Origin: a bacterium
Lineage (GTDB): Bacteria; Krumholzibacteriota; Krumholzibacteriia; LZORAL124-64-63
NCBI GenBank assembly: GCA_016706845.1
Contig: JADJIV010000002.1
Coordinates: 102,307 to 166,306, forward strand
DNA: 64,000 nt
Direction of reading: 5' to 3'
Positions within the stretch are counted from its first letter, which is position 1, and each line of letters begins with the position of its first letter. Of the stretch, positions 43,933 through 58,229 are shown one piece after another. Under the pieces are notes generated by a model, which was not told the DNA's origin, ran no database searches, and saw nothing but the letters and a program-made list of their open reading frames with translations. The position numbers and the translations under genes were made by a program.

Positions 43933-45629
43933 CGTTCCCCCCCCGGGCACCGCCACCACCAGCAACCGGCGACGATCGCGCTGGCCACCCTGCGCATCCT
44001 GCCGCGACAGAACCGCGACGTAGGGACCCGGCGGCACGAGTTCCCCACGCCGTCCCTGCCGTCCCAGGCCACGTGACGCCGGCCGGCGCCGAGTTCGTCG
44101 CCGCCGAGGTCGCGCACGCACCGTCCCCAGAGATCCCACACCGAGAGCCGCCAGGCCGTTGCGGGTGCGGCGAGGTCCATCGTGAAGCTGACGCCTTCGC
44201 CGCCGGACGTGAAGGCGGCCGGCGAAGCCGACAGCTCGGTCGCCGGGACCTGCCAGGGCGCCTCGAGGCTGTTGCGGCAACCCGGCGTTGCGCCCGCCGC
44301 CGCCATGCACGTGCCCCAGAGATCGGCCGGATCGCCGGCGGCCGCGCCGGCGCGGCGTTCGAGGCTGCGACCGCGGGACACGACCGTGCCGCGGGCGCCG
44401 AGCGTCGCATGATCCAGCACCACCCCTGCCGCGTCGTGCAGGTGCACCCGCTCGGCGTACGGCCGACCGTCACCGGGCGCGTTGTTGAGGGCGGGCCAGG
44501 CGCCGGACAGTTCGGCGAGCGGGGGCACCGCGGGCAGACCGGGGCAGGGCGGCGGCGCACCTGCGTCCAGCACGCCCTGCCACCAGTCGCGGAAAGCGCC
44601 CGCGTCCTCGGCCAGGACCAGCCGTTCGCCGGGCAGCAGTTGCCAGGAGGGCAGCCGCAGGAGCGCGCCGCCGGCATCGGACAGCTGGTAGCCGGCGAGT
44701 TCGACGGGACCGGTCGGCCAGGCGATCAGTTCCAGCCACTCGCCGCTGTCGCCGTCGGGGTTCGCCATCACCTCCCAGACCGAGAGCGGCGACGGCCCGA
44801 CGTGGTAGCTGCCCAGAGCCAGCGGCGGGATATCGACACCCGGCGCAGCGACTTCCAGTTCGAAGTTCACACTCCCGTCGAAGGGGAGCGTCGTCGAGAA
44901 ACCGAGCGTCGCTTCGGTCTGCGGCCCCAGGGCCGACCAGGTCGCCACCGCAGGCGGCACTGCGTCCCCTGCGGTCAGCGTCGCGACCCCGTGCGGGATC
45001 GCGGCCAGGCCCGAGTTGCGCAGCACGACGGTGAAGGCGACCGCGCCACCGGCCGCGGGCAGGCTGGGAGGCTCCGCCGTGACGTCGAGGATTTGCAGCG
45101 CGTGGTCGGGGAAGTTGGGCCGACCCGGCGTCGGCTCGTCGCAGACGACCCAGTCGCGGTCGTTGCGGTCGGAATCGGCGCCGTCGGGACGGCGGCCGAG
45201 GGAAGCGGCGGCGGCGCCTGGATGCGGTGCGGACTCGTAGCAGGACGGATCCGAGAGATCCCCGTAGCCGAGCCGGTCCAGCACGATCTCGCCGCGTCGC
45301 AGGCGCACCGCGTCGGGACCATTCTGCAATCTCAGCGATACCAATACGTTGGGGACTTCCGTTCCAGTCCAACCCGAATCGGCGATCAGCCAGCGGGCGC
45401 CCGGCGCCAGGCTGTCGCCCGCGGCTCCTTCCCAACGCCGCTCCCAGACGGGCGCCGCGGCGCCGTTGGCGAACTCCAGCCTCACGCCGGCCAGATCCAA
45501 CGGCGCCGTGCCGGCGTTCAGCAGTTCCACGAACTCCGCCCCGCCGTCCGCTCCCGGCGGATCGTAGAGGACCTCGTTGAGGACCGGATCGGCGGCTGCG
45601 GGGTGGACGGCGAGCAACAGGGCGAACAT
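43929..45629 (-). CDS. Secreted protein with two lamin-tail-like (LTD) domains and a FlgD-Ig/T9SS-like C-terminal tail; two apparent indels near the 3' end
   Basis: Signal MFALLLAVHPAAA. LTD-like motifs are VLNEVLYDPPGADGGAEFVELLN and VWEVMANPDGDSGEWLELI. The tail is ...WRLSVWDLWGRCVRDLGGD...VAWDGRDGVG, then (shift at CCCC 44043-44046) ELVPPGPYVAVLSRQD...LLVVAV. The stop is reached only if the C8 run 43937-43944 is read as 7. Confidence 0.65.
   Translation of the reverse strand: MFALLLAVHPAAADPVLNEVLYDPPGADGGAEFVELLNAGTAPLDLAGVRLEFANGAAAPVWERRWEGAAGDSLAPGARWLIADSGWTGTEVPNVLVSLRLQNGPDAVRLRRGEIVLDRLGYGDLSDPSCYESAPHPGAAAASLGRRPDGADSDRNDRDWVVCDEPTPGRPNFPDHALQILDVTAEPPSLPAAGGAVAFTVVLRNSGLAAIPHGVATLTAGDAVPPAVATWSALGPQTEATLGFSTTLPFDGSVNFELEVAAPGVDIPPLALGSYHVGPSPLSVWEVMANPDGDSGEWLELIAWPTGPVELAGYQLSDAGGALLRLPSWQLLPGERLVLAEDAGAFRDWWQGVLDAGAPPPCPGLPAVPPLAELSGAWPALNNAPGDGRPYAERVHLHDAAGVVLDHATLGARGTVVSRGRSLERRAGAAAGDPADLWGTCMAAAGATPGCRNSLEAPWQVPATELSASPAAFTSGGEGVSFTMDLAAPATAWRLSVWDLWGRCVRDLGGDELGAGRRHVAWDGRDGVGNSCRRVPTSRFCRGRMRRVASAIVAGCWWWRCPGGER
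43937..43944. repeat. 8-nt C/G homopolymer at the junction of two surface-protein genes
   Basis: CCCCCCCC on the plus strand, 5 nt from the overlapping TGA/ATG (43929-43932). Confidence 0.9.
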
Positions 45630-45723
45630 CACGACGGCCGGAGCCGTCGGGCGCGGGATCGATGGTGAGCTTGTCAGGGAAGGATTCCGCTTCCGGGAGG
45701 AAAGCCGGGAGGTCCGGACCTGT

Positions 45724-47928
45724 CTAGAGCATGCCGCGCCAGCGGCGGATGGCCCACTCCGCGCCCAGCAGCAGCGTCGCGGCCGCGATGAGCAGCCAGC
45801 CGTGCACGAGGCGGACCTCGGTCCGGCGCGCGCTGGTGATCGCGGTCCAGTCCGCGGCGTCCAGGACGGCGGCCAGGGCGCGCTGCGCGCCGGCCGCGTC
45901 CCCATCCACGTAGTGCCCTCCCCAGGCGGCGGCCAGGGCGCGCAGGCGGCGACGGTCCTGGCGCACCTGCGCTTCCTCGGGATGGGCGGCGACCACGACG
46001 AACTCGCGCGCCGGCCCGAGCGCCGAATCCGTGCCGGCGGCGACGGGCCGGATCGTGTAACGCCCCGGCGCCTGGGGCGGCAGCGTCACGCGCCCGCGGC
46101 CGACCTCGCCCGGCACCGCGGACGGCGTGAACGAGCGTGGCGTCGCGGCAGGCGCATCTTCGCGCAGTTCGAGCGCGATCGCGCCGGCTTCCCCTTCGCC
46201 GCGCAGCCCGCGCACCTGGGTCTCCATCCGGATGGCTTCGCCCTCGCGGTAAAGCGTGCGGTGCCCGGCGAGCGTCACGCCGCCGAGCTCGTCCCCGGCG
46301 GCCGTCCACACGAGCAGGTTGCGGGCCAGGCGACGCACGGGGTGCTCGGGCACCTCCCCCGCGCTCGCGGGCGGCTGCCAGAACGCCAGCGTCCACAGCT
46401 CGTCCGTGCCCAGCCAGGCGACCGTGCCCTCGCCGGCGGCGCCGAGCGCGAGCAGCGGCGCCCGGACGGCGCCGTCGGGCCCGGAGACCGTGAGCAGCAC
46501 CTTCGCCTCGGGGCGCGCCCTGGCCGCCGCCACGATGTCCAGCGGCGGCAACCACGACCAGGCCGCGGCGTCGGCCGGCAGACCGGACAGCAGGGAATGC
46601 CCGGCCTGTTCCCGACGCAGCTGCAGGCTGCCGCCCGCGACGTCGCGGGCGCCTTCACGCACGACGGGCAGCAGATCGGCCAGCGCCGGGGGCAACATGC
46701 CCCCGCCCGATCCGACCACCAGCAGTCCCAGGCCGCCGGTGACCGCCTCGGCGAGCCCGGCGGCGTCGAAGGCGAACGGCGGCGCCGTCTCCCCGAGCAG
46801 CACCACGCCGTCCCAGGCCAGCCACGCCGCCGCACCGCGCGGAGGCGTCCAGGCCTCGCCGTCCAGCACGGGCCCCCGCTCCCCGGGATGGACCACGTCG
46901 AGCGACAGCCGCCGCTCGAGCGCAGCCGCCTGGGCGAACATGCGGACATTCCAGTCGGGCCGTCCGGTGATCAGCAGCAGCTTCTCGCGGTCCTGGCGGA
47001 CGGCCACGGCCAGGGACACCTCGTTGTTGGCGAGGTACCGCTCGTTGACCAGGGGGGCCACGATCAGGCGCGCCACCTGGAGGCCCGCCGTGCGGGGAAC
47101 GAAGGCGAGTTCGGCGCGCAGGGTCGGGTCGTCGGGTCCGGCAGGCACGGCAGCCGCCGCCAGCGTGTCGGCGCCCTGGACCAGCGCGAGCCGCAGGCGC
47201 AGACCGTCCCGGCGCGGCAGTCCCCGCAGTCCCACGACGGCTTCGACCACGACCTGGTCGCCGACGAAGGCCGACTCCGGGTAACGCACGTCCAGGAGTT
47301 CGAGATCGGGCGGGCCGGCGGGATCGCCGACGCCGATCAGCACCGGCAGGGCGCCGTCCGTGGGCGCGACGGGGCCCTCGGCGGCGGCCTGCGTCTCCTG
47401 CCCGTCGGTCACGATGAACAGGGCCCGCAGATTCCGCGCGGACCAGGCGCGCGCCGTCACGGCCGCGAGCCGGCCGAGATCCGTGCCCACGGCCGCGGGG
47501 GGCGCGCCGGGCGCGTCGTTCAGGTCCCTGGTCGCCTCCAGGCCGTTCCCGCGCAGCACCGTCGTGGTGACCGGCGGTTCGCGCGACGCCAGCAGGGACT
47601 CGACCTGCGCGGCCCACGCCTGCCCCTGCCGCCAGCGGTCCGGGGCATCGGGCGCGTCGCGCAGACCCATGCTGGCGGAGTCCTCGATCACGACCACGGC
47701 TTCGGGCGGCAGCACGGCGTCGCCGGACCGCTGCAGGCGCGGTCCGGCGATGGCGATGAGCAGCAGCAGGATGGCGGCGGTGCGCAGCCCCGCCAGCAGG
47801 CGGCGCGCGCCGCGGGGCGCGAGCGGTTCCGTGGCAAGATAGTGGCGGCGGACCCAGAGGGCCGCCGCCACCGCGAACAGGGCCAGCAACGGCAGCCAGG
47901 CCGCCGGGATGGCCCAGGCCAGGCTCAC
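45724..47928 (-). CDS. BatA-like membrane protein (N-terminal double-TM, vWA-like region, C-terminal TM anchor)
   Basis: ORF of 734 aa. The N-terminus MSLAWAIPAAWLPLLALFAVAAALWVRR...AAILLLLIAIAGP resembles the aerotolerance BatA N-terminal double-TM domain. VVVIEDSASM is MIDAS-like. The C-terminal TM is GWLLIAAATLLLGAEWAI. The ATG lies 1 nt after the ppdK stop. Confidence 0.6.
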   Translation of the reverse strand: MSLAWAIPAAWLPLLALFAVAAALWVRRHYLATEPLAPRGARRLLAGLRTAAILLLLIAIAGPRLQRSGDAVLPPEAVVVIEDSASMGLRDAPDAPDRWRQGQAWAAQVESLLASREPPVTTTVLRGNGLEATRDLNDAPGAPPAAVGTDLGRLAAVTARAWSARNLRALFIVTDGQETQAAAEGPVAPTDGALPVLIGVGDPAGPPDLELLDVRYPESAFVGDQVVVEAVVGLRGLPRRDGLRLRLALVQGADTLAAAAVPAGPDDPTLRAELAFVPRTAGLQVARLIVAPLVNERYLANNEVSLAVAVRQDREKLLLITGRPDWNVRMFAQAAALERRLSLDVVHPGERGPVLDGEAWTPPRGAAAWLAWDGVVLLGETAPPFAFDAAGLAEAVTGGLGLLVVGSGGGMLPPALADLLPVVREGARDVAGGSLQLRREQAGHSLLSGLPADAAAWSWLPPLDIVAAARARPEAKVLLTVSGPDGAVRAPLLALGAAGEGTVAWLGTDELWTLAFWQPPASAGEVPEHPVRRLARNLLVWTAAGDELGGVTLAGHRTLYREGEAIRMETQVRGLRGEGEAGAIALELREDAPAATPRSFTPSAVPGEVGRGRVTLPPQAPGRYTIRPVAAGTDSALGPAREFVVVAAHPEEAQVRQDRRRLRALAAAWGGHYVDGDAAGAQRALAAVLDAADWTAITSARRTEVRLVHGWLLIAAATLLLGAEWAIRRWRGML

Positions 47929-47929
47929 C

Positions 47930-50614
<2,685 letters not shown>

Positions 50615-50743
50615 CGTGCTTGCCTCCCGTGTGACTGCGATCCGGGCGCCCGGCGAGGGACCCCGTTGGTCTGCGGTGAAATGGCCCGGCGGCGGCGCCG
50701 GGCCATCGGGATGTATGCGGCGGCTCCCCCGCGCGGGGCCGGG

Positions 50744-53046
50744 TCAGCGGATGATCACGACCTTGCCGTAGAAGTCCTCGCGCGCCGGCATCTCCACCTT
50801 GTAGATGTACACGTCGGAGGCGAGCAGGTCCCCATGGGCGTTGCGGGTGACCCAGGGCATCAGGTTGTCGATCTGCGACTCGGGACCGAGGTTCGCCACC
50901 TGGTCGCCGTCGAGCGTGAAGATCTGGACGCGGCTGCCCGGCGGCAGGTTCTTGAAGGTGACCTTCTCCCCCTCCGAGCCGCTGAAGCCCGCCGCCTGGC
51001 GCAGCGGATTGGGGTAGGCGTAGATCTCCGGGCCGTCCGCGGCGCCCGCGGCGGGCTGGGACACGAAGAACCGCGTCCGGTTGCCGGCGCCCCCGAACAG
51101 CGACAGCAGGTCGCCGGGGTAGCGGGTCGAATAGAGCCGCTCAGCAGTCAGCGAGGACGGCGCCACGGTCGCGATGTTGCCGTAATCGAAGGTCGTCACG
51201 GCGTAATAATAGTCGAACCCCTCGTAGATCGAGTCGTCGAAGAACGTCACGACTCCGGGTTCGGAGAAATCGAAACAGGCGGCGCGCTTGTCGGCGTAGC
51301 AGTTGGGCGTGTCGTTGTAGCTGGTTTCGCCGCAGTAGCCCTCGATGCAGGATTCGGGGTTGGACTTGTCGTAGAAGCCGACCAACTGCATCTGGTCGGG
51401 GTCGAGGCCCTCGCCGCGCCACACGGCGTAGCCCTGGAAATCCTGCGCGAGGAGCGAGAAGCTCGTCGAGTCGGGGACGCTGCCGGCCCCGAAGGACACC
51501 GTGAGTCCGAAGTCGAGGTCCTGGTAGGCGAGATCCGTCTGGGCCTTCTGGATGGTGTCGCTCCAGGCGCAGCGGCGTGCCGGGAATGTAGATTCCGCCG
51601 CCGTAGGTGGCCAGCCAGTAGCGCACGCCCGTCTGGGCGGCGGTGAACAGGCGCGTCAGGGACCGGTTGGCGGGCTGGGTCGGGCCGTCCTGCGACCAGA
51701 CCGTGTCGCCCCGGGCGCAGGTCAGCACGCCGAAGCCGTCGGCGGTCGCCAGGTAGAGGCCGCGCGCCGCATCGAGCACGAGCGAGCGGATGGCGGGACG
51801 CGTCGCGGGGTCGGGCCAGGCGACCGAGGCGCCGACCTGGTTCCAGACGCGGCCGCCGTTGCCCGTCCACCAGATCCCCTTGTCCGTCGTGCCGGCCATG
51901 ATCCGCTGGGGGCTGGCCGGGTCGACGGCGAGGTCCGTCACGCTGATGGGTTCGGCGCCGGGATCGAGCAGCTCGTCCCAGATCCAGCGCCAGGAGACGC
52001 CGCCATCGTCGCTGTCATAGAGACCGAAGGTGTTGACGCCCACCAGCAGGCGCCCGCCCTGGTCGACGATCCGGTTGATGACCGGCGTCGTAGTGCCGCC
52101 GCCGGTCGGGAAGTTCTGCGGCACGAGGAGCGTCGCCAGGTTCGCGTAGGACGCGCCGCGGTCGGCGGAGACGTACAGCCCGAGCCTGCTGATGGCGACG
52201 TAGAGGGCCTCCGGGCCGGTTCCAGACGATGTCGGTCACGCGCCGCAGGTTCCAGGTGCCGGCGGGCGAGAACTGCGCCTGCTGCTGCGTGAAGGTCAGG
52301 CCGCCGTCGCGGGTGAGGAACACGCCGCTCTTGCTCGTGCCCACCAGGAAGGTCAGGGCATCGTCCGGGGCGAACACCAAGGCGGAAACCGCGGAGTCGT
52401 TGAGCGAACCGTCGGGGAAGAGTTCGGGAGCCAGCCGTCGCCAGTCGCTCTCGGGACCCGGCTTCAGCCAGAGGCCGCGGTTCAGGCGGTCGCTGAGGGT
52501 GGCCAGCAGGGTTCCGGGCGAGGTCGGCGCCTCCGCCAGGACGTTCACGTCGACCTTGGAAAGGTAGGGGGGCAGACCGGCGTTGGCCTGCGACCAGACG
52601 CCGTCCTCGCCGAAGGCCAGGACGCCGCCGTTGTTGCTGAGGTTGACCTCGCCGAGGATGCGGCCGGTGACCGACTGGTTCAGGTTGGACCAGGAGATCA
52701 GGACGCTGTTCTCGGTGGGCGATCCGACCTCGCCGCCGAAGAGGCTGTTCCAGAGCAGTTCGCGGTCGAAATCGTCCCTGTAGGCCCCGTCCAGGGTCAC
52801 CAGGAAGCCGAGGCCGGCGGTGTCGATCGGGACCGCGCAGGTCGAGGTGACATCGTCGATGACGGGCCAGGAGACCTGGGCCCCGAACCTGCCGGTCGTG
52901 GACAGCGCGATCTCGAGCGAGGCCGGCGAGACGAGCCGCAGCGAGTCCAGGGCGCAGACTTCGTCGGGTGTGTCGGCCGCCGCGGGCAGCGCGCCGATCG
53001 ACAGCGACAGGATCGCAGTCGCCAGAAGAGCCCTCATGGTCATCAT
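50744..53046 (-). CDS. Secreted beta-propeller (BNR/Asp-box) protein with a T9SS-like C-terminal domain; two apparent 1-nt insertions
   Basis: Signal MMTMRALLATAILSLSIGALPAAA. Asp-box-like repeats are TRDGGLTFT, SADRGASYA, SDDGGVSWR and TGNGGRVWN. The C-terminal tail is IYAYPNPL...VTFKNLPPGSRVQIFTLDGDQV...DVYIYKVEMP...GKVVIIR. The protein is spread over ORFs 52015.., 51141.. and 50744.., with switches at about 52212-52222 and 51560-51572. Confidence 0.65.
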
Positions 53047-53108
53047 CGTCTCCGTGCTGTGCGTCCCGCCGGGCGCTTCGGGCGCCTCCGGCACGACGCG
53101 GTCCCGGG

Positions 53109-55666
53109 TCAGGGCGTCATGGCCAGGCCGAAGTGGTCGCCGAGCACCCAGCGGATGACCCGCTTCATCTGCGTGTGATCGTACAGGTGCGGGTCGAAGC
53201 CCCAGACGACGTCGGCCCTGCCGCCCGGCTTGGTGCTGACGGTCTGGTAGCTGAACAGGCCGATGGGCACGCCGTTGAGCGTGGTGCGGCCCGTAGCCGC
53301 ATCCCGCGCGTAGAGCCCGCAGGGGTTGGTCACCGGATAGGTGAAGTCGTCGTCCGCGTTGGCCAGGTGCAGATCCAGGATCCAGTCGTAGCGGGGCATG
53401 GCCCGCCACATGGTCTCCACGGCGGGCCGTCCGTCGGGCAGGGTCTGGGGCGACCAGACCGCGCGGCGGGCGGTCTCGTTGTAGTCGTAGTACTCGTCGT
53501 TCTGGCTGAAGCTGTAGGGCGAACTGGGCGCGGGGATGCCGCCGCCCGCCACGGTCGCGGCGTCGGACCAGGCGATCTGGTCCCAGACAAAGATGGTGTC
53601 GGCGAAGGAGCCGGTCTGGACGTATTCGGACTTGAACTCGGGGTCGAGGATGATCGCCTTGGTCCCCACGCAGTTCTGCTTGCGGTGCGTCGTGCCGGAT
53701 CCGCACAGCGTCGGCGAGTAGTAGAAGTTGCCGGGGGTGAACATCGACGAAGCGGCGATGCCCAGCGCCCGGTAGGGGTACTGCAGCGTCCCGAAGATGG
53801 TCCGCGTGCCGTCGTCCTCCTCGCGGATGCCGAAGCTCATGCCGCGGCCCTCGCCCGCGCACTGGAAGTCCTCGTCGTCGTTGTTGTAGATGACGGGGTA
53901 GAGCCACGGCGTGTTGTTGAACACGAAGTGGAAGTTCTGCACGATGCCCGAACCGGCGAGCAGGACGTTGCCGACGTTCCGCTGGTAGGCCTCGAGCCAC
54001 ACGTAGGCTTCGGTCGGGATCCGCCGCACTTCATTCCCGTTCGCATCCACCGTGATGTAGATGCTCGGCTGGAAGGTCGAGGCCAGGTAGCTGAGCGAGT
54101 GGCGGCGCGCCGACCAGATCAGGCTCTTGTAGCGCACGATGTCGCGGTAGCCCCAGTTGCCGATGAGCCGCTCGTTGTCGATCACGTCGCGGTCGGTGCT
54201 GAAGCGGGAGACGCCGCCGCTGGAGGCCAGGACGTCGTCCCAGAACGCGTCGCGCTGGATGTCGTTGTCGTAGGCGATCGATCCGGAACTGTTGTTCCAG
54301 CCGTTGCTGTTGACGTCGGGTACGTCGTCGATCAGGACGAGCGCCAGTCGCTCTTTCTCCTCGGGGACCGGCACGACCGACAGGAAGTACTGTATGCGCG
54401 TCAGCAGGCCGCTGTTGTCGATGACCTCGACCGTGAACACGTGCAGCCCCTGGGCGAAGGAGCGCACCTCGGACGACAGGTTGGCTTCCGAGAGGCCGAA
54501 CTGCACCTCCCAGCCCGGATCGTTGTCGTCGCCGAGGTCCTGCACGTCCCAGCCGTAGCGGTAGGCCACGATCTCGCCGCCGTAGTCGGAGGCGCTGCCG
54601 AACCACTCGAACTGGAGCGGCTGGTCCTGGGCGATGTACTTCTCCAGGCGGGCGATCCCGGTGCCGATCTCGGTGCCCAGGTAGCGCTCGCGCAGGATCA
54701 GCAGGGGCGTCTGCGAGTCGTCGACGCGGAAGTTGGCGACGGAAGTGAAGTAGCCGCGGTCGAGGCTGACCGCGCCGGCGATGTCCTTCGCCTGGAGTGC
54801 AAAGATGTAGTAGATGATGTTGTTGTTCGCGTCGCGCTTGCTGCCCTCGAAGGTCTGGCGCCGGTCCAGGGGTTCTGCTCGTAGGGGATCCAGTCGCTCC
54901 ACTGGGGATCGTCGAAGGTGACGAGCGAGTCGACCACCTGGTCGTACTCGTACTTGGTGTAGACGTAGTGGCGGCCCACGCCCGACGCGTTGGCGATGTC
55001 GGACGTCTTGTACAGGTAGCGGACCTGCACGGGGTTCCCCAGCTCGTAGTCCGGATCGGTGCCCGTCCAGCCGATGATGAATCGGGGCGGCACGGTCTGG
55101 GCCTCGGTGCGGCTGCCGAGCAGCGTCGGCGGCGACGTCAGGAAGATGCTCGGCGCCAGGGTCGTCGCCGTGAAGGTGATCATCGCCGGCGTGGGGTCGA
55201 CGCCGCCGTGGTCGTCGATCGCGCGCACGATCAGCGTGTGCGGCTGGTAGAAGCGCTGCATGGGCTCCGGCAGGATCTCGTCGTCCTCGAAGCCCTGCCG
55301 GTCGGCCGACACCACGAAGATCGAGTCGCTGGCCGTCGTGAAGCGCCAGGGATTGAGCGTGTCGCCGGTGGCCGGGTCGACGGTCAGCGTGTCGCGGATG
55401 CTGATGCCGTCGTCGCCGTTGGCCGTCATCTTCCACTGGAAGCCGCGGATGCGGCCGTCGGGGTCGTTGCCCGTCCAGTAGAACTGCACGGTGTAGTCGG
55501 TGTCGCGCAGATAGGGCGGCGTGCCGGTGATGCGGGTGTCCGGCAGGGCGTTGATGAGCTCCACGCCGCCGAGGTCCGTCTCCGGGCCGCAGCCGTTCAC
55601 GACCGCCAGCAGCAGGACGGGGGCCGCCGCCAGCGCCAACGCCGTCGCCTTGGTGATGTTCCGCAC
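53109..55666 (-). CDS. Large hypothetical lipoprotein (~852 aa), with an apparent 1-nt deletion
   Basis: GTG start with GGGAGG RBS. The lipobox is LLLAVVNGC. The N-terminal module is ...YTVQFYWTGNDPDGRIRGFQWKM. ORF 54698..55666 joins ORF 53109..55436 at GGGG 54869-54872 (...WIPYEQNP/LDRRQTFEGSK...). I see no recognisable catalytic motif. Confidence 0.6.
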
Positions 55667-55709
55667 GTTCGACCTCCCGGTCCGCTGCCCCGCGCCGCGC
55701 CCGCCCCGG

Positions 55710-58095
55710 CTAGTAGCCGGTCGGATAGACGGCCCCGATCTGGGGTGTAGGCCTTGATCAGGTACTGTTTCGTGAACGTCTCGCTCTCGAGACAGAAGTC
55801 GTTGAACCGCAGGCGCGCGGCCACCCCGTCGCCGGGGATGACGTCGCAGCCCTCGTTGTGGGGCGTCGGCACGCGCAGCCCGCTGTAGTAGGCGTAGGCG
55901 CAGCGTTCGGGGCGGTAGATACTGCTGCTGGCGTCGCGGACCACGACCCTGGCCGTGTTCAGGCCCAGCTGCCGGGTCGTCAGGTCGATGGCGCGGTCGA
56001 GCGTTTCCGGCGTCCAGTCGGGATGCTGGCCGGCCAGGATGCTCCGGTATCCGACGTCGCCGAGGCTCAACAGGAACTGCGGCACGAACACCTCGACCCG
56101 CAGGCGCCAGACGCCGTTGCTGTCGTAGTTGTTCGAGAAGTTATCGTTGAAGGTGTAGGACACCTGGCTCCAGGTCGTCCGACCCCCGCCCTCGCGGATG
56201 ACGTTGGCCAGCGAGTCGCGGTGCGAGACGATCTTGTAGCGCCACGACATGGCGCGGTCGATCGCGTTGCCGTAGGTCTGCGGGTCCGCCGGGGACTGCC
56301 GGGGCAGGAACAGGCGCTCGTCCTGCTGGTCCTCCGCGTACAGCAGCAGATCGTACTGGTAGAAGAACCCCTGGACGGAGGCCAGACCGGTGATGTCCGC
56401 CGGCTCTTCGTACCAGACGGCGTTGGTCGCCGGGTTGAAGTACACCGTGCGCGGCACGAGGTAGACCTGCTGCAGGCGCGTCCAGGTGGGATCGGGGGCG
56501 GTCGACCCGGTCAGGGCGCAGTAGTAGGTCTTCAACTCGTCGCTGCAGTCGTCCTCGGGATACCCGCTGGGCGCGTTGTTCGTAACGACTTCGACGCACT
56601 GGACTTCCGGGCGGAAGTTCGCGTAGAACGCGAAGACGTCCGGGGTGCCGTCGCGGCGCTCGTGCTCGTCGAGGGCGCGCATGCTGACCCGGTAGTCGAA
56701 GGAGCCGACGATGAAGCTGATCGTGTCGGCGCTGCCGATGGCCATATTGTTGAAATCGTCCCAGACGCTGTTCTGGAGCGCGCTGTACTGGGTCGCGAAG
56801 CGGAACAGCGAGTTCTCGCCACCGAGGAAGCGGCCCACGGCGTCGAACTTGGCCTGGAAGCGCAGGCCGTAGCCGGGGGGCGTCTGGCCCGGAATGTCGC
56901 GCAGGCGCGTGTCGCGGTAGTCGTCCCAGCCGATGGCCTTGAAGTGGACGACGGCCCGTTGGGGCACGCGGGTGCCTTCGGTGAAGGCGGTGGTCGAAAC
57001 GGTGCCGTCCGGGCGGTACACCTCGAAATAGGGGTAGTCGTTCGCGTCCGCGGGGTAGAAGGGGTCGCTGACGTACGTGAGTTCCTCGCCGGGCTCGATC
57101 GTGCCGTCGTGGTCGGCGTCGATCGGCTTGGCGTGGCCCAGGATCATCGTCTCGGGGTCGTAGTTGTGGACGAAGTTGAGGTCCTGGTTGTCGGCCTGGA
57201 TCTCGACGCCCGCCACGTCGATGGCGTTGACCAGCAGCGTGTGGACGCCCTGGGTCAGCAGGCGCCGCGAAACGTCCTCGCCCGTGTCGTCGTTGCTGAA
57301 GTCGAGGCTGTTGACGTCGCTGAAGTAGGAGACCAGCCGGTTCGTGGCCGGGTCGAAGCGCCGCGGGTTCCAGCAGTCCTCGCTGGTGGCGTCGCAGACG
57401 ACGTCCAGCGGCATGCGGTACTTGAAGCCGAACAGGCCGTCCAGGGGCGGCACGGTGTCGCGCTCGGCCAGGATCGCGGGCGAGAAGCCCTGGATGTTCG
57501 ACGTGGTCCCCTGCCAGGTCAGGCGGAAGGGCAGGGCGTAGCCGATCGTGTCGAAGTCGGCGAAGCGCGTCGCCACGGTCGGCTCGTCCCCCAGGTAGAA
57601 CTGGATGGCGGGCTGGCCCAGGGCGTTGCTGAGGAAGTACAGCCGGGCCGGCGTGCGGTCGTAATCCCCGCGATCGTCCACGGCCACGATGTGGAACGTC
57701 AGGTCCGCCGAGGTGGTCGACCCCTGGTTGATCTGGAAGTCGAAGAGCGAGTCGGTCCGGGTCGTGTAGTGGCCGATCTGCAGCGTCGTGATGTTCTCGG
57801 CCGGGTTGAAGCGGATGTCCTCTTCGTCGTCGTCGGTCGTCGGGTCCTGGATGGTGCCGTCGGTCAGCGCCCAGACGTAGCGCGCGACACGGCCGTCGCT
57901 GTCGGTGCCGTACCAGAACAGGTGGTGGTGGAATTGCCCCCCCGCCCCGCCCTGCGGTCCGCCGGTGACGTAGGTCTCGGGCGCGTGGTTGACGATGACG
58001 GTCTCGGGCTCGAAGGCCCGGCAGCCGAACAGCGCGATCAGCGCCGCCGCCAGCAACGACGGCGCCCAGATCCGGAGATGTCGGAAGACTCGCAT
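55710..58095 (-). CDS. Large hypothetical lipoprotein (~794 aa), with an apparent 1-nt insertion at the 3' end
   Basis: The ATG is at 58093-58095 and the lipobox is LLAAALIALFGC. The N-terminal module HHHLFWYGTDSDGRVARYVWALTDG is paralogous to the downstream gene. After GGGG 55742-55745 an alternative frame ends ...QIGAVYPTGY with a stop at 55710-55712. The as-written frame instead runs into the next gene. Confidence 0.6.
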
Positions 58096-58229
58096 GTTGG
58101 GTCTCGCCTTTCCAGCACGGCGCCGAGGACCGGACGGGCACGGCCGTCCGTCCGCGGGCGACAGACCGGCCAGAACGACGCGGAAACACGCCGTTTCCAC
58201 GTCGAGGAGCGGTTGCGAGCTGCCTGGGA

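Noticed and set aside
41503-44310. A single 935-aa ORF spanning 41503..44310.
   Set aside because: It contains an internal GTG start with a signal peptide at 43083 that overlaps, as GTGA, the stop of an upstream reading frame. The N-terminal third is an Arg-rich off-frame read-through of two other genes.
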